Below the pieces are notes generated by a model that made no database searches, was not told the DNA's origin, and worked only from the letters and a program-made list of their open reading frames with translations. This document shows positions 22,151 to 32,300 of a stretch of 64,000 nucleotides of DNA, piece by piece. The stretch is from a bacterium (GTDB lineage: Bacteria > Desulfobacterota > DSWW01), in contig JBFLZG010000105.1 in the NCBI GenBank assembly GCA_040756235.1, positions 40,883 through 104,882 of the forward strand, read 5' to 3'. Each line of letters begins with the position of its first letter. Position 1 is the stretch's first letter. The position numbers were made by a program, and so were the translations under genes.

Positions 22151-22579
22151 GGAGGAGGAACTTCGCATCCGGGGAGCCTCTCCCGGACAGTGTTGAAGCG
22201 AATGCGAACGCGGTGTGCGACGCGAGCGAGAGGTCCGGGTACCAAGGCCGCCGGCAGTTGGCAGGGATACGGGTCTTCCTGAGACGCCTGCGAACCATGG
22301 AGCCGGAAGAATACGCGGCCGCAATCGAAGCGGCCGGCATCCCTGCCGGGGAAGAGGTGCGCCATGGCCATCCTGCCGCCGGGGACCGGGGGCCTGGAGA
22401 CCACGGCCGCGGGGAGCACGCCCACTGATCGAGCTTCGCCACGCCTGGGGGAAAGCCGCTTGCTTGCTTTTTCCCTGCAGGCCATCTTCGTCTTCTCCGA
22501 TCATGCCGCACAAAATCACCCCTAACGGGAATGTACGGGATTCGAGCGTGGGAGGCTTCTGGCCTGACTCTCCCCTCCG

Positions 22580-25060
22580 CTACACGTCCGCGCGCCCGAG
22601 CCGGAGCGCGTTGCCCACGACCGATACCGAGCTGAAGCTCATGGCGGCCGCTGCGATGATCGGACTGAGCAGGAGCCCGAAGGACGGGTAGAGGACCCCG
22701 GCCGCAAGCGGTACGCCCGCCGAGTTGTAGGCGAAGGCGAAGAAAAGGTTCTCCCGGATGTTCCGCATCGTGAGCCGGCTCAGGCGGCGCGCCCGGGCGA
22801 TGGCGCGCAGATCGCCTTTCACCAGCGTGACCCCGGCGCTCTCCATGGCCACGTCAGTCCCGGTCCCCATAGCGATGCCGACTTGGGCCTGGGCCAAGGC
22901 CGGCGCGTCGTTGATGCCGTCGCCCGCCATGGCGACGACGCGCCCCTGCTCCTGGAGTGCTCGGACGGCCTCGGCCTTCTGGTCCGGAAGTACTTCGGCC
23001 CTCACCTCGTCGATGCCGAGCTTGCGGGCCACGGCCTCGGCTGTCGTGGCGCTGTCGCCGGTCAGCATGACGATCCGCACTCCTTCCTCGTGCAGGGTGT
23101 GGACCGCTTCGGGCGTGCTCTCCTTGATCGGGTCCGCGACCCCGAGGAGCCCGGCAGGCCTGCCGTCCACGGCGAGGAACACGACCGTCTGCCCCAGCGC
23201 ACGCAGCTCGTCGGCGTGTCCGGCCAGCGCGCCGGGATTCAAGCCGAGGCCCGCCATCAGCGTCCGGTTGCCGAGCGCCACCGCCCGTCCCCCGACGCGA
23301 CCCTGGACGCCCTTGCCGACCAGGACCTCGAAGGAATCGGCCCCTTTAAGCTCGATCCCGCGCTCCTCGGCGCCTCTGACAACGGCCGCCGCCAGCGGAT
23401 GCTCGCTCGCCCGCTCCAGGCTCGCGGCAAGGCCGAGGAGCTCGGCTTCGTCGAAGCCGTCGGCCGCCGCAACGCTCGCCAGGTTCGGCCTGCCCTCCGT
23501 GAGGGTGCCGGTCTTGTCCACGACCAGCGTGTCGACCTTGCGCAGAACCTCGATCGCCTCCGCATTCCTGAACAGCACCCCCAGCCTGGCACCTTTGCCC
23601 GTGGCCACCATGATGGACATGGGCGTTGCAAGCCCCAGAGCGCAGGGGCAGGCGATGATGAGAACGGCAACGGCGTTGATGAGGGCGTAGGCCATCCTCG
23701 GCTCGGGGCCCGCCAGGGCCCAGCCGACGAAGGTCGTGAGCGCGACCAGGAGCACGGCAGGCACGAAGTAGGCGGCCACGAGGTCCGCCAGCCTCTGGAT
23801 CGGCGCCCGGCTGCGTTGCGCTTCCGCAACCATCGCAACGATCCGCGCCAGGAGCGTCTCGGCGCCTACCTTTTCGGCCCGCATCACCAGGGACCCTGTC
23901 CCGTTGACCGTCGCGCCGACGACCCGGTCGCCGGGCTGCTTGGAAACCGGGATAGGCTCGCCCGTAATCATGGACTCGTCCACCGAACTCGCCCCCTCCA
24001 GAACGGTGCCGTCGACAGGCACCTTCTCGCCCGGCCGCACGCGGAGCCGGTCTCCCGCACCGACGGCCTCGAGAGGGACGTCCTCCTCCGTTCCATTCTC
24101 CCGGAGCCTGCGGGCCGTCCGGGGGGCCAGGCCGAGCAGGCTCCGGATGGCGGCGCCTGTCCGGCTTCGGGCGCGAAGCTCCAGCATCTGGCCCAGCAGG
24201 ATGAGAGTGACGATGACGGCAGCGGCCTCGAAGTAGACACCCACCTCGCCTGATTCATGCCGGAAGGAAGCCGGAAAGACCCCCGGGATCAGAGCAGCCA
24301 CGACGCTGTACATGTAAGCCACGCTCACGCCGATGCCGATGAGGGTGAACATGTTGAGGCTCCTGTTCCTGATCGACTGGACGGCGCGCACGTAGAACGG
24401 CCAGGCCGACCACAGGCACACCGGCGTGGCGAGGGCGAGCTCGAGCAGGGTGCGGGCCCGGCTGGAGAGAAGCCCGGAGGCCGAACCGGACAGCATGTGA
24501 GCCATCGCGATCACGACAAGAGGTAGCGTCAGTGCGGCGGCGAAGCGGAACCTCCGCGTCATGTCGCGGAGCTCCGCGTTCTCCTCGGCCGTCTCCTCCC
24601 CCGCCGCCGCCCCTGTCCTGGGCTCGAGCGCCATCCCACAGATCGGACAGTTCCCCGGCTCGCTACGGATGATCTGGGGGTGCATGGGGCAGGTCCACTG
24701 CGTGCGCGCGGCCGGTTGCGGCGGAGTGGCGGGCTCGAGGGCCATGCCGCACTTCGGGCAGATGCCGGGCCCCTGGCGGCGCACCTCGGGGTGCATCGGG
24801 CAGGTGTAGGCCGCGCCCCTTGCCTCGACCTCCTCCGCCCTTGGATCCCCGGCCTGCGGCTGCGCAGGAAACCGCGACGGCGCCTGCCTGAACCGCTCGA
24901 AACAGCGCTCGCTGCAGAAGAGGTAGGTCCTGCCGCCCACGACGTGCCGATAGCGGCTCTCTCCGGAGACGGCCATTCCGCAGACCGGGTCCTTCGCTGG
25001 ACCCGCCCGAAGGCTCCCGTGCGGCTGGCCGGCATGCTCCATAGGGTCCTCGTGCTTCAT
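22580..25060 (-). CDS. copA: Cu(I)/Ag(I) P1B-1 ATPase with N-terminal YHS and two CPMHP metal-binding domains
   Basis: DPVCGM/FCS (YHS), YTCPMHP, WTCPMHP, TGEP, CPC, DKTGT, SEHP, GDGIND, YN and MSFSS. Confidence 0.93.
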   Translation of the reverse strand: MKHEDPMEHAGQPHGSLRAGPAKDPVCGMAVSGESRYRHVVGGRTYLFCSERCFERFRQAPSRFPAQPQAGDPRAEEVEARGAAYTCPMHPEVRRQGPGICPKCGMALEPATPPQPAARTQWTCPMHPQIIRSEPGNCPICGMALEPRTGAAAGEETAEENAELRDMTRRFRFAAALTLPLVVIAMAHMLSGSASGLLSSRARTLLELALATPVCLWSAWPFYVRAVQSIRNRSLNMFTLIGIGVSVAYMYSVVAALIPGVFPASFRHESGEVGVYFEAAAVIVTLILLGQMLELRARSRTGAAIRSLLGLAPRTARRLRENGTEEDVPLEAVGAGDRLRVRPGEKVPVDGTVLEGASSVDESMITGEPIPVSKQPGDRVVGATVNGTGSLVMRAEKVGAETLLARIVAMVAEAQRSRAPIQRLADLVAAYFVPAVLLVALTTFVGWALAGPEPRMAYALINAVAVLIIACPCALGLATPMSIMVATGKGARLGVLFRNAEAIEVLRKVDTLVVDKTGTLTEGRPNLASVAAADGFDEAELLGLAASLERASEHPLAAAVVRGAEERGIELKGADSFEVLVGKGVQGRVGGRAVALGNRTLMAGLGLNPGALAGHADELRALGQTVVFLAVDGRPAGLLGVADPIKESTPEAVHTLHEEGVRIVMLTGDSATTAEAVARKLGIDEVRAEVLPDQKAEAVRALQEQGRVVAMAGDGINDAPALAQAQVGIAMGTGTDVAMESAGVTLVKGDLRAIARARRLSRLTMRNIRENLFFAFAYNSAGVPLAAGVLYPSFGLLLSPIIAAAAMSFSSVSVVGNALRLGRADV

Positions 25061-25461
25061 CGTTCAGAAGTCTCCTCGCAAGCGGAATCCCGGCAGGCTT
25101 TTCACGCGCCCCAAACACTTATGATGTTGATGCGACCGAGGACCGGACCGGTTCGGCCGGTTGCCCTGCCCTTTACCCACAAATCGGCCCATTAGGGCGC
25201 GCAATGCCGGATCCGTCTTGAAACCGTCATTCAGAGGAGCCCGGCGACCGGGCGACAGGACAGTCGCGGTGCCCACAATTCCCGTCACCCCGGCGAAAGA
25301 GGCTGTGTCACAATTCGTCATCCCTCTATAGAAAGAGGTGTCAAGACAAAAATATCCTGTACGCCCGTTTTTCTTGCACCGGGCGGCCCCGCTCCGACCT
25401 GCTGAGTCCCGTCGACTAGAGTGACAGGGGTGGGGGAGAAGACTCCGAACCGACCATTTGG

Positions 25462-25673
25462 ATGCAGTCCGTCCTCGGCGATGAGGAAGTGTCCTGGGCA
25501 TTCATGAAATGATAACCATCCCTCTATCTGGGCCTCTTGCGGCCATAGCTTCCTTTGGTTATGTGAGGGGGCATAGCCCGGCCAAGGGGCCTCCAGGAAT
25601 GACCACTGGGGCCAGGGATGACGCAGATGCTTCCCCTCGAACCTTTCTCGCTTTGGGCGCACTGGACTGCATG
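25462..25673 (-). ncRNA. Predicted bridge/seek RNA of the IS110 element
   Basis: 9-bp closing stem AUGCAGUCC/GGACUGCAU; target loop guides CGUCAUCCC (25623-25615) and GGCCGGG (25583-25577); donor loop guides AUAGAGGG (25527-25520) and AUGCCC (25501-25496); true ends unknown. Confidence 0.85.
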
Positions 25674-25715
25674 GTGGCTGTCCTGTCCATCCGGCGTCGG
25701 GAGCCGCAAGGCGAG

Positions 25716-26768
25716 CTAATCTGGTTTCAGGCGATGTTTGGCTGGGTCGTACACCTCCTGGTTCTTCCACATGGAATGCACGATGGCGCAGATCTTGCGC
25801 GCCAGGGTAAGACGAGCCAAGTTGGGCTTGGTGCCGTTCGCCAGGAGCCGATCGTAGTCCGCTCGGAGCGGATCCTGGGGCATACTGGTGATAACGGTCA
25901 TGGCCGCGCCTTTGAAGATGGCCTTGGCATGATGGTTGAAGTCGCGGTTCAGACCACGGGTCTGTATCACCTGCGCCCGAGCGAACTGACCGCTGGGCTG
26001 TCGGACCCAATCGGAGGAGGAGCGCTGCACAACGGCCAGGCCACTGTATTTCCAAAGCTGCCGGTGGGTGCGGAATCGGTGTGGACTCACCACGATGGCC
26101 ATGAGCTCGGCGGCTCGAACTGGACCGATACCGGGGGCGGTCCGCAGGATTCGATGTATCGGATGGCGCTGCGCCTCCAGAACCATCTCCTTGTGTGCCT
26201 CCAGCTTCAAAACCTCCACGCCCTCCTGCTCCTTGCGCAATCGTTCTATGGCCGCATGCAGCCCCGTCCGCAAACAGACACCGGGCTTCCCTGGCAGACA
26301 GCCAGGACATCCCCGATCCTGCACGACAGCGCCTTGCGATCGAAAGAGGTAGTTGATCCGGTTCTTCGCGCGGGCCAAGTCGCCGGTGATCATCTCGTAG
26401 CTTCTGACCAGATACTTCAGGGTGGTCAATCCGGGACCCGGCTTGTAGATCCGATTCCCCAGGTCCCCCAAGCGCATCCGGTTGGCCAGCTCGTATGCGT
26501 CGAGGAAGTCGTTCTTGTTCCCCCGGTTCTTGCGGGCCGGCACAACAGCCACCTCGTACACATGGGGCGACAGGATCTCGTACAACCATTGACTCAGGGT
26601 TCCCTCTTCGATGCACAGATGGCGTTGCCCGGGGATCGTCTTTACAAACTCGATCAGGGCTTGGCCGTTTGTCTCTACGGGCATCTTGATCTTGACGCTC
26701 CCCTTCTCGTCTTGTACAACAAACATGCAGGTCTCGCTGTGCGGATCCAGACCGATCCATCTGTTCAT
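25716..26768 (-). CDS. IS110-family DEDD transposase/recombinase (350 aa)
   Basis: RBS AGGAGG; WIGLD, CIEE, KNDFLDA (DEDD); PGIGP; SGL..RSSS serine loop; LARK. Confidence 0.95.
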   Translation of the reverse strand: MNRWIGLDPHSETCMFVVQDEKGSVKIKMPVETNGQALIEFVKTIPGQRHLCIEEGTLSQWLYEILSPHVYEVAVVPARKNRGNKNDFLDAYELANRMRLGDLGNRIYKPGPGLTTLKYLVRSYEMITGDLARAKNRINYLFRSQGAVVQDRGCPGCLPGKPGVCLRTGLHAAIERLRKEQEGVEVLKLEAHKEMVLEAQRHPIHRILRTAPGIGPVRAAELMAIVVSPHRFRTHRQLWKYSGLAVVQRSSSDWVRQPSGQFARAQVIQTRGLNRDFNHHAKAIFKGAAMTVITSMPQDPLRADYDRLLANGTKPNLARLTLARKICAIVHSMWKNQEVYDPAKHRLKPD

Positions 26769-27921
26769 GGGGTTCCTCCTGTTTTGGCGGTTGGCAGGCT
26801 TCGTTTTTCCCGAAACCAAGTTTGCTCAATCGCCGCGGAGGACTCCATCTTTTTTTGTCTGCGGTTCCCTTCGGGTCGCTCCGATCTCCCGCCTCAACCG
26901 CTTTGCCTTCAGGCAAAGCACGGCTCGAGGCCACCGCACCCGATAGTGAGGACGCACAGCCTTTTGCCGATCCGATGCTCACCGGGCGCTTCCGGGTCGA
27001 GTGGCAGGCGTCCGAGTCGCGGTGCTCCTCAGGTCTCGCTGAACATCGAGTTACAGCGGTGGCGGAAGCGTCCCGCCCCGAGCTTTGGAGGTCCCTTTCG
27101 CCCACCCTTAAAAGCCGTCTCCCAGAATGTTCATTCAGTCGAGCAGCGACCATGGAGTCAGCGATCGGTGCCATGCTGGTTGTGAGGTAAGGAATCATGC
27201 CGGCTTCCCAAAACTCCCAAAGTCTCAAGGGCCGCCTTTCGTCTATGATGCCCGGCCCATCTGCGGAGCGCGTGCGAGCCGGGATCCAGATGGGTGCACC
27301 AGGACCAGGGCAACTGGGCGCAGGGACTAGATTCCGGCCTGCGCCGGAATGACGGAAATCATGCGGCCGCGCCTCCGAGTCCTCCGGAATGAGTGGTCGC
27401 ACGAGGGTCTGACCGGATTCATGACACAGCCTCGAAAGCCGGGGTCCAGTCCCTGTTTCCCGTTCTGGATGCAAACTCTGGATCCCGGCTTGTACGCGCT
27501 GCGCAGCACGGCCGGGATGACGGACAGGGTCGGACGGCAAGAAGCGATGGCGAAGCGCAGATCCAGATGGCCCTTGGCCAAGTAGCGCAGGAGCCAGCCA
27601 ACGAAGATCTCCGGCGCATCCGACGGGGGGGACGCAACTCGCGCTCATGTCCGGTTCGTTCTTCGGGTCTAAGCCAGGCGTCCCTTCCGGATCTGCTTGC
27701 CTCGGGATAGGTTTCAGAGCATCGCTTTGAGGCCGGAGCGAACCGCGCTCCAAGTATGCATTGGAGTCCCCTACACTCCGTATTCGAGCGGACGCACCGG
27801 AGCGCGCACCCGAGGAAGACGAGCCTGAGGTCTGTCAGTGATGCGCCCGGCCTTGTTGGCGGCCCGCAGTGGCACGTCTCCAGACCGGATACCGGGAAAC
27901 GAGCTGGGATCAGCTCACCCG

Positions 27922-27963
27922 ACCCTCACGAGAGGACGAGATAGGACGCCCTTTCGTGAGGGT
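27922..27963. repeat. CCTCACGAGA-arm hairpin, copy 2
   Basis: accctcacgagagg / cctttcgtgagggt. Confidence 0.7.
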
Positions 27964-28017
27964 GGAAGTCAGCTGCGCCATTCCGCAATTCCTGAGCACA
28001 ACCGGAAACGCCCGGGC

Positions 28018-28509
28018 TCAAGGGCTGCCAAAGGATCTCGTGTCGTAATCCGTGTCAAAGGACAGACCGCGAAACCAGATCCGGTTCAGCCGAATCTCCG
28101 AGCCGTTGAACAGCCCCGCGACGGTCAACTCCTGGTTTCTCAAATCCGCCTGTTGCGCGACCCGCTCCTCCCAAGCCCAATCGCCTGCTCGATCGTTGCG
28201 TTCCACGCAGCGGATGAAGCGCCCGGCCTCGTCCTTGAGGAAGAAGCCCCACTGGCTCCGGTCCGCAGGGACCCGGTACTCCACCCGTCCGGTTACTTCC
28301 ACATGCCGGTCTTCATAAGCCCCAGGGTTCTGGACCAGGCTCTTGATATCGGTCGCGAGCATTACCCCTTTGCCCCTGTAAACCTCAGGACGCGATGGAG
28401 CACATGGTCGATTTGCTCGGTCGAAAGATGCGCAGCCGAGCAAGGCGAAGGAAGATGCGCACAGTGCCGTCAGGAGCGTTGCACGGATCGTGAAGTTGGA
28501 CTTGGTCAT
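28018..28509 (-). CDS. Hypothetical lipoprotein with OB-fold-like domain
   Basis: RBS AAGGA; lipobox LLGC; NPGAYEDRHVEVTGRV..FFLKDEAG. Confidence 0.7.
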   Translation of the reverse strand: MTKSNFTIRATLLTALCASSFALLGCASFDRANRPCAPSRPEVYRGKGVMLATDIKSLVQNPGAYEDRHVEVTGRVEYRVPADRSQWGFFLKDEAGRFIRCVERNDRAGDWAWEERVAQQADLRNQELTVAGLFNGSEIRLNRIWFRGLSFDTDYDTRSFGSP

Positions 28510-28826
28510 GTCCGTCCTTTCTCGAATATCTCTTCGGCCCGGCGCCTTGCGCCGGTCATCTGTTTCTCGATGAGCCGTCTTGCCGTCCTGCAGTTCCCAT
28601 GCCTGTTGGATGTAGCAGGTCAGCCCGGCGTCACATCACGGCTGATCCGTGAGGGCCTCACGACGGATTTCCATCAGAACGAGCCGGCTGCGGACGGTCC
28701 CTGGAGCGATGAGCGTCGACCGGGCGGAGAAGCGGGTGAAAGCAGGGCCATGACCGCCCGCCACGGAAGCGCGCCCCATCGACGTGAGATCTGGCTGCTT
28801 GGATGAGACCGACGTCAGGAGTTGTA

Positions 28827-28868
28827 CAGGCCTCACGAGAAGGTAAGGGTCCCTTCTCGTGAGGCCTG
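28827..28868. repeat. CCTCACGAGA-arm hairpin, copy 3
   Basis: 17-bp stem caggcctcacgagaagg / ccttctcgtgaggcctg. Confidence 0.75.
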
Positions 28869-28910
28869 CCCTGTCCTGTTGAGCGAAGAGGAGTGGGAAG
28901 CTGGCGCGGA

Positions 28911-29231
28911 CTACGGGTGTTCGTGCGGCGCCGCTGCTTCCTGCTCGGCCTTCTTGACCCTCTCGTCCCAGGCCTTGTCGATGGCCTTCGCCGTTTCGGG
29001 GGTCAACTCACCGGTCGGCGTCAGGCCATGGTCCTTCTGAAAGAGCTGGATCGCCTCCGTTGTTTGTTTGTCCATCATCCCGGTGCACTTGCAGTCGTAG
29101 TCCATCGCTTTGAGGTTCTTCTGCACGTTCATGATCTGTGGCACATCGACTTTCGCAAGCAGGACGGGGGGCGCAGTGAGCATGAGTATGAAGAGAGCTG
29201 CCAGCACCGATGCGACGAATTTCCTTTTCAT
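28911..29231 (-). CDS. Small exported peptidoglycan-binding-domain protein with CxC (paralog of 10630-10923)
   Basis: RBS AGGAGG; AKVDVPQIMNVQKNLKAMDYDCKCTG..AIQLFQKDHGL. Confidence 0.85.
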   Translation of the reverse strand: MKRKFVASVLAALFILMLTAPPVLLAKVDVPQIMNVQKNLKAMDYDCKCTGMMDKQTTEAIQLFQKDHGLTPTGELTPETAKAIDKAWDERVKKAEQEAAAPHEHP

Positions 29232-29333
29232 CTCCGTTTCCTCCTGGTTACATGTTGGCCAGCACCCTGCCGACCTGGCAGGGATGAAAGTCTCGTCCTC
29301 CACTGTCGCGCTCCAGCTCGCCTGGAGCGTCCT

Positions 29334-32300
29334 TCAACATGCGGCGGCCGGCGCCCGCTTCACGTGGAAGTGCCAGCGCCAGAGGTAATAAATGGCGGGA
29401 TAGACCGCGAGCTCCATCACGAACGAGCTGAAGATGCCGCCGATCATGGGCGCCGCGATGCGCTTCATCACGTCCGAGCCGGCGCCCGTGGACCACATGA
29501 TCGGCAGGAGCCCCATGAACATCACGGCGACCGTCATGAACTTGGGCCGCAGGCGCTTGACGGCCCCGTGCACGATCGACTCGCGCAAGTCTTCCCTGGT
29601 TTTCATTCGTCCCCTGGCCCGCATCTCGTCATAGGCCAGGTCCAGGTAGAGGAGCATGAACACGCCCGTTTCCGCGTCCACACCCATCAGGGCGATCAAG
29701 CCCACCCAGACGGCGATGCTGGTGTTGTAGCCCAGGATATACAGCAGCCAGATGGCGCCCACGGCCGAGAACGGCACGGCCAGGAAGATGATGAGGGCTT
29801 TGGTCGTCGAGCCCGTATTGAAGTAGAGCAGCAGAAAGATGATGAACAGCGTAAACGGCACGACCACGGTCAGCCTCTCGGCCACGCGTTCCATGTACTC
29901 GTACTGGCCGCTCCAGACCAGGGTGTAGCCGGGCGGCATGTCCACCTTGGAGTGGACCACGCTCTTGGCCTCTTCCACGTAGCCGCCCACGTCCCGGCCC
30001 GAGACGTCCACGTAGACGTAGCCGCTCAGGCGCCCGTTCTCGTCGCGGATCATGCCGGGCCCGTAGGCGAGCTTGATGTCCGCGATCTGCGCCATCGGGA
30101 TCTGGGCGCCGTTCATGGCCGGGACCAGGACCCGGCCCAGCCGGTCCATCGTGTCTCGATAATCTCTCAGGTATCTCACGTTCACCGGGTAGCGCTCGCG
30201 GCCTTCCACCGTGGTCGTGACATTCTCGCCGCCCACCGCCGACATGATCGCCATTTCGGCCTGGCCGACGGTGAGACCGTAACGGGCCAGCTCCTCGCGC
30301 TTGAGGGCGAAGTCCAGGAAATAGCCGCCCGCCGTCCGTTCCGCATAGACGCTGGTCGTGCCCGGCACCTCCCGCAGCACGCCTTCCATGCGCAGGCCGA
30401 TGTCCTGGATGACCTTGAGGTCCGCCCCCAGGATCTTGATCCCCACCGGCGTGCGCACGCCGGTCGTGAGCATGTCGATCCGAGCCTTGATCGGCATGGT
30501 CCAGGCATTCACGGTCCCGGGGATCTGCATGGTTTCGTTCAGCCCGCCCGGCCCGTAGATGAGCTCCTGCGTGCTCTTGTGGTCCGGCCAGAAGCGCCGC
30601 AGCACACCCGCGAGCCAGTCGGGCGCCCGGTCGGAGTACCACCTCGGGACCTTCGGCCACTCCTCCTGCGGCTTCAGGAGGACGACCGTCTCCATCATGG
30701 AGAAAGGCGCCGGGTCGGTCGCCGTCTCCGCCCGGCCCGCCTTGCCGAACACGCGCTCCACCTCGGGGAAGGACATGAGAATCTTGTCCTGGACCTGCAG
30801 GAGCTTCTGGGCCTCGGTCACCGAGATGCCCGGCACCGTGGTCGGCATGTAGAGCAGGGAGCCCTCGTCCAGGGGCGGCATGAACTCCGAGCCGAGCCGG
30901 AAAAAGACCGGGACGGTCAGGGCCACCACGAGCACCGCGGCCAGGATCGTCCCCCAGGGGTGGCGCAGCACGAGCTCCACCACCGGGTGGTAGGCGCGCA
31001 TCAGGGGACGGCTGATGGGGTGCTTCTCCTCGCTGTGGATCTTGCCGACCAGAACGGCGTTGGCCAGTCTGGCCAGGAACCTCGGCCGGAAATTGAAGTT
31101 CCTCATGTGGGTGAACAGGAGCCGGATCGCCGGGTCCAGGGTGATGGCCAGCACGGCCGCGATCGCCATGGAGAAGTTCTTGGTGAAGGCCAGCGGCTTG
31201 AACAGTCTTCCTTCCTGAGCCTCGAGGGCGAAGACCGGCACGAAGGAGACCGCGATGACGAGGAGGGCGAAGAAGCTCGGGCCGCCCACTTCCTTGACCG
31301 CGCCGATCACCACGTCGCGGAAGTCGCCGGGACGGCCTTCGGCGTCCCAGCGCTCGAGCTTCTTGTGGGTCTGCTCCACCACCACGATGGCCGCGTCCAC
31401 CATGGCGCCGATGGCGATGGCGATGCCGCCCAGGGACATGATGTTGGCCGTGATCTTCATCCCGTACATGGGAATGAAGGCGAGGATGACCGTGATCGGA
31501 ATCGTGATGATCGGGATCAGGGCGCTCGGAATGTGCCAGAGGAAGACGAGGATCACCAGGCTGACGATGGCCAGCTCCTCGATCAGGGTGCCCTTGAGGG
31601 TGTCGATGGAGCGCTCGATCAGATCCGCCCGGTCGTAGGTGGTGACGAGCTCGACGCCTTCCGGCAACGACGGCTCGATCTCGGCCAGCTTCTCCCGCAC
31701 CCGCTCGATGACCTTCAAGGCGTTCTCGCCCACCCGCATGATGACGATCGCGCCGACCGTCTCGCCCTGGCCGTCGAGCTCGGCGATCCCGCGCCGGATG
31801 TCCGGCCCCAGCACGGTCGTGCCCAGGTGCTTGATGAGGACGGGCGTGCCGCTCCTCGAATCGGTGCCGACCACGATGTTTTCGATATCCGCAACCGAGC
31901 GGATGTAGCCGCGCCCGCGCACCATGTACTCCCGGCCGGAGAGCTCCACGAGCCTGCCGCCCACATCGTTGTTCCCCTCCCGGATCGCTTCGGTCACACG
32001 GTCCAGGGGAATCGCGTACGCGAGCAGCCGGTTCGGGTCAAGGTTCACTTGGTACTGGCGCACGAACCCGCCCACGGGCGCCACTTCCGCGACCCCCGGG
32101 ATCGCCTGCAGCGTGTAGCGCAGGTACCAGTCCTGAATGGAGCGCAGGTCGGCCAAGTTGTGTCTTCCGGTCGTATCGACCAGGGCGTACTGGAACACCC
32201 AGCCCACGGCCGTCTCGTCCCTGGCCAGCTCGACCTCGACCCCCTCGGGGAGGCGCGGCATGATGTTGCTCAGGTACTCGAGGGTGCGCGAGCGCGCCCA

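Larger units (their letters stand above)
25325..27250 (-). mobile_element. IS110-family insertion sequence (IS1111-like layout: guide RNA 3' of the transposase)
   Basis: Boundaries defined against the empty site cgtcatCCCggcc (58681-58693): GTCAT-CCC|TCTAT... and ...GATG|CCC-GGCC; CCC core present at both junctions. Confidence 0.92.
25299..27433. mobile_element. ~200-bp MITE (TIR GAGGCTGTGTCA/TGACACAGCCTC, GAAA duplication) interrupted by the IS110 element
   Basis: TIRs at 25299-25310 and 27422-27433; GAAA at 25295-25298 and 27434-27437; joining the halves restores the copy at 58665-58873. Confidence 0.88.
25283..27524. repeat. REP doublet (GTCACCCCGGCGAAAGCCGGGGTCCAG..CTGGATCCCGGC..GCCGGGATGAC) split by MITE+IS insertion
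   Basis: Left half gtcaccccggcgaaa (25284-25298); right half gaaagccggggtccag from 27434; intact version at 46593-46704. Confidence 0.85.

Noticed and set aside
22147..22428. 93-aa ORF after the hydrogenase protease
   Set aside because: No clear RBS or motif; it may be a small His-tailed protein but cannot be supported.
26820..27170. Definite group I intron (IStron) in the IS 5' end
   Set aside because: Only a loose J8/7-P7-like string; I could not build convincing P3/P4/P6 pairings. Kept only as an unexplained structured RNA.
25318..27753. 811-aa ORF (and 25509-27185) spanning the IS
   Set aside because: They cross MITE/IS boundaries, are low-complexity and overlap the real transposase in another frame or strand.
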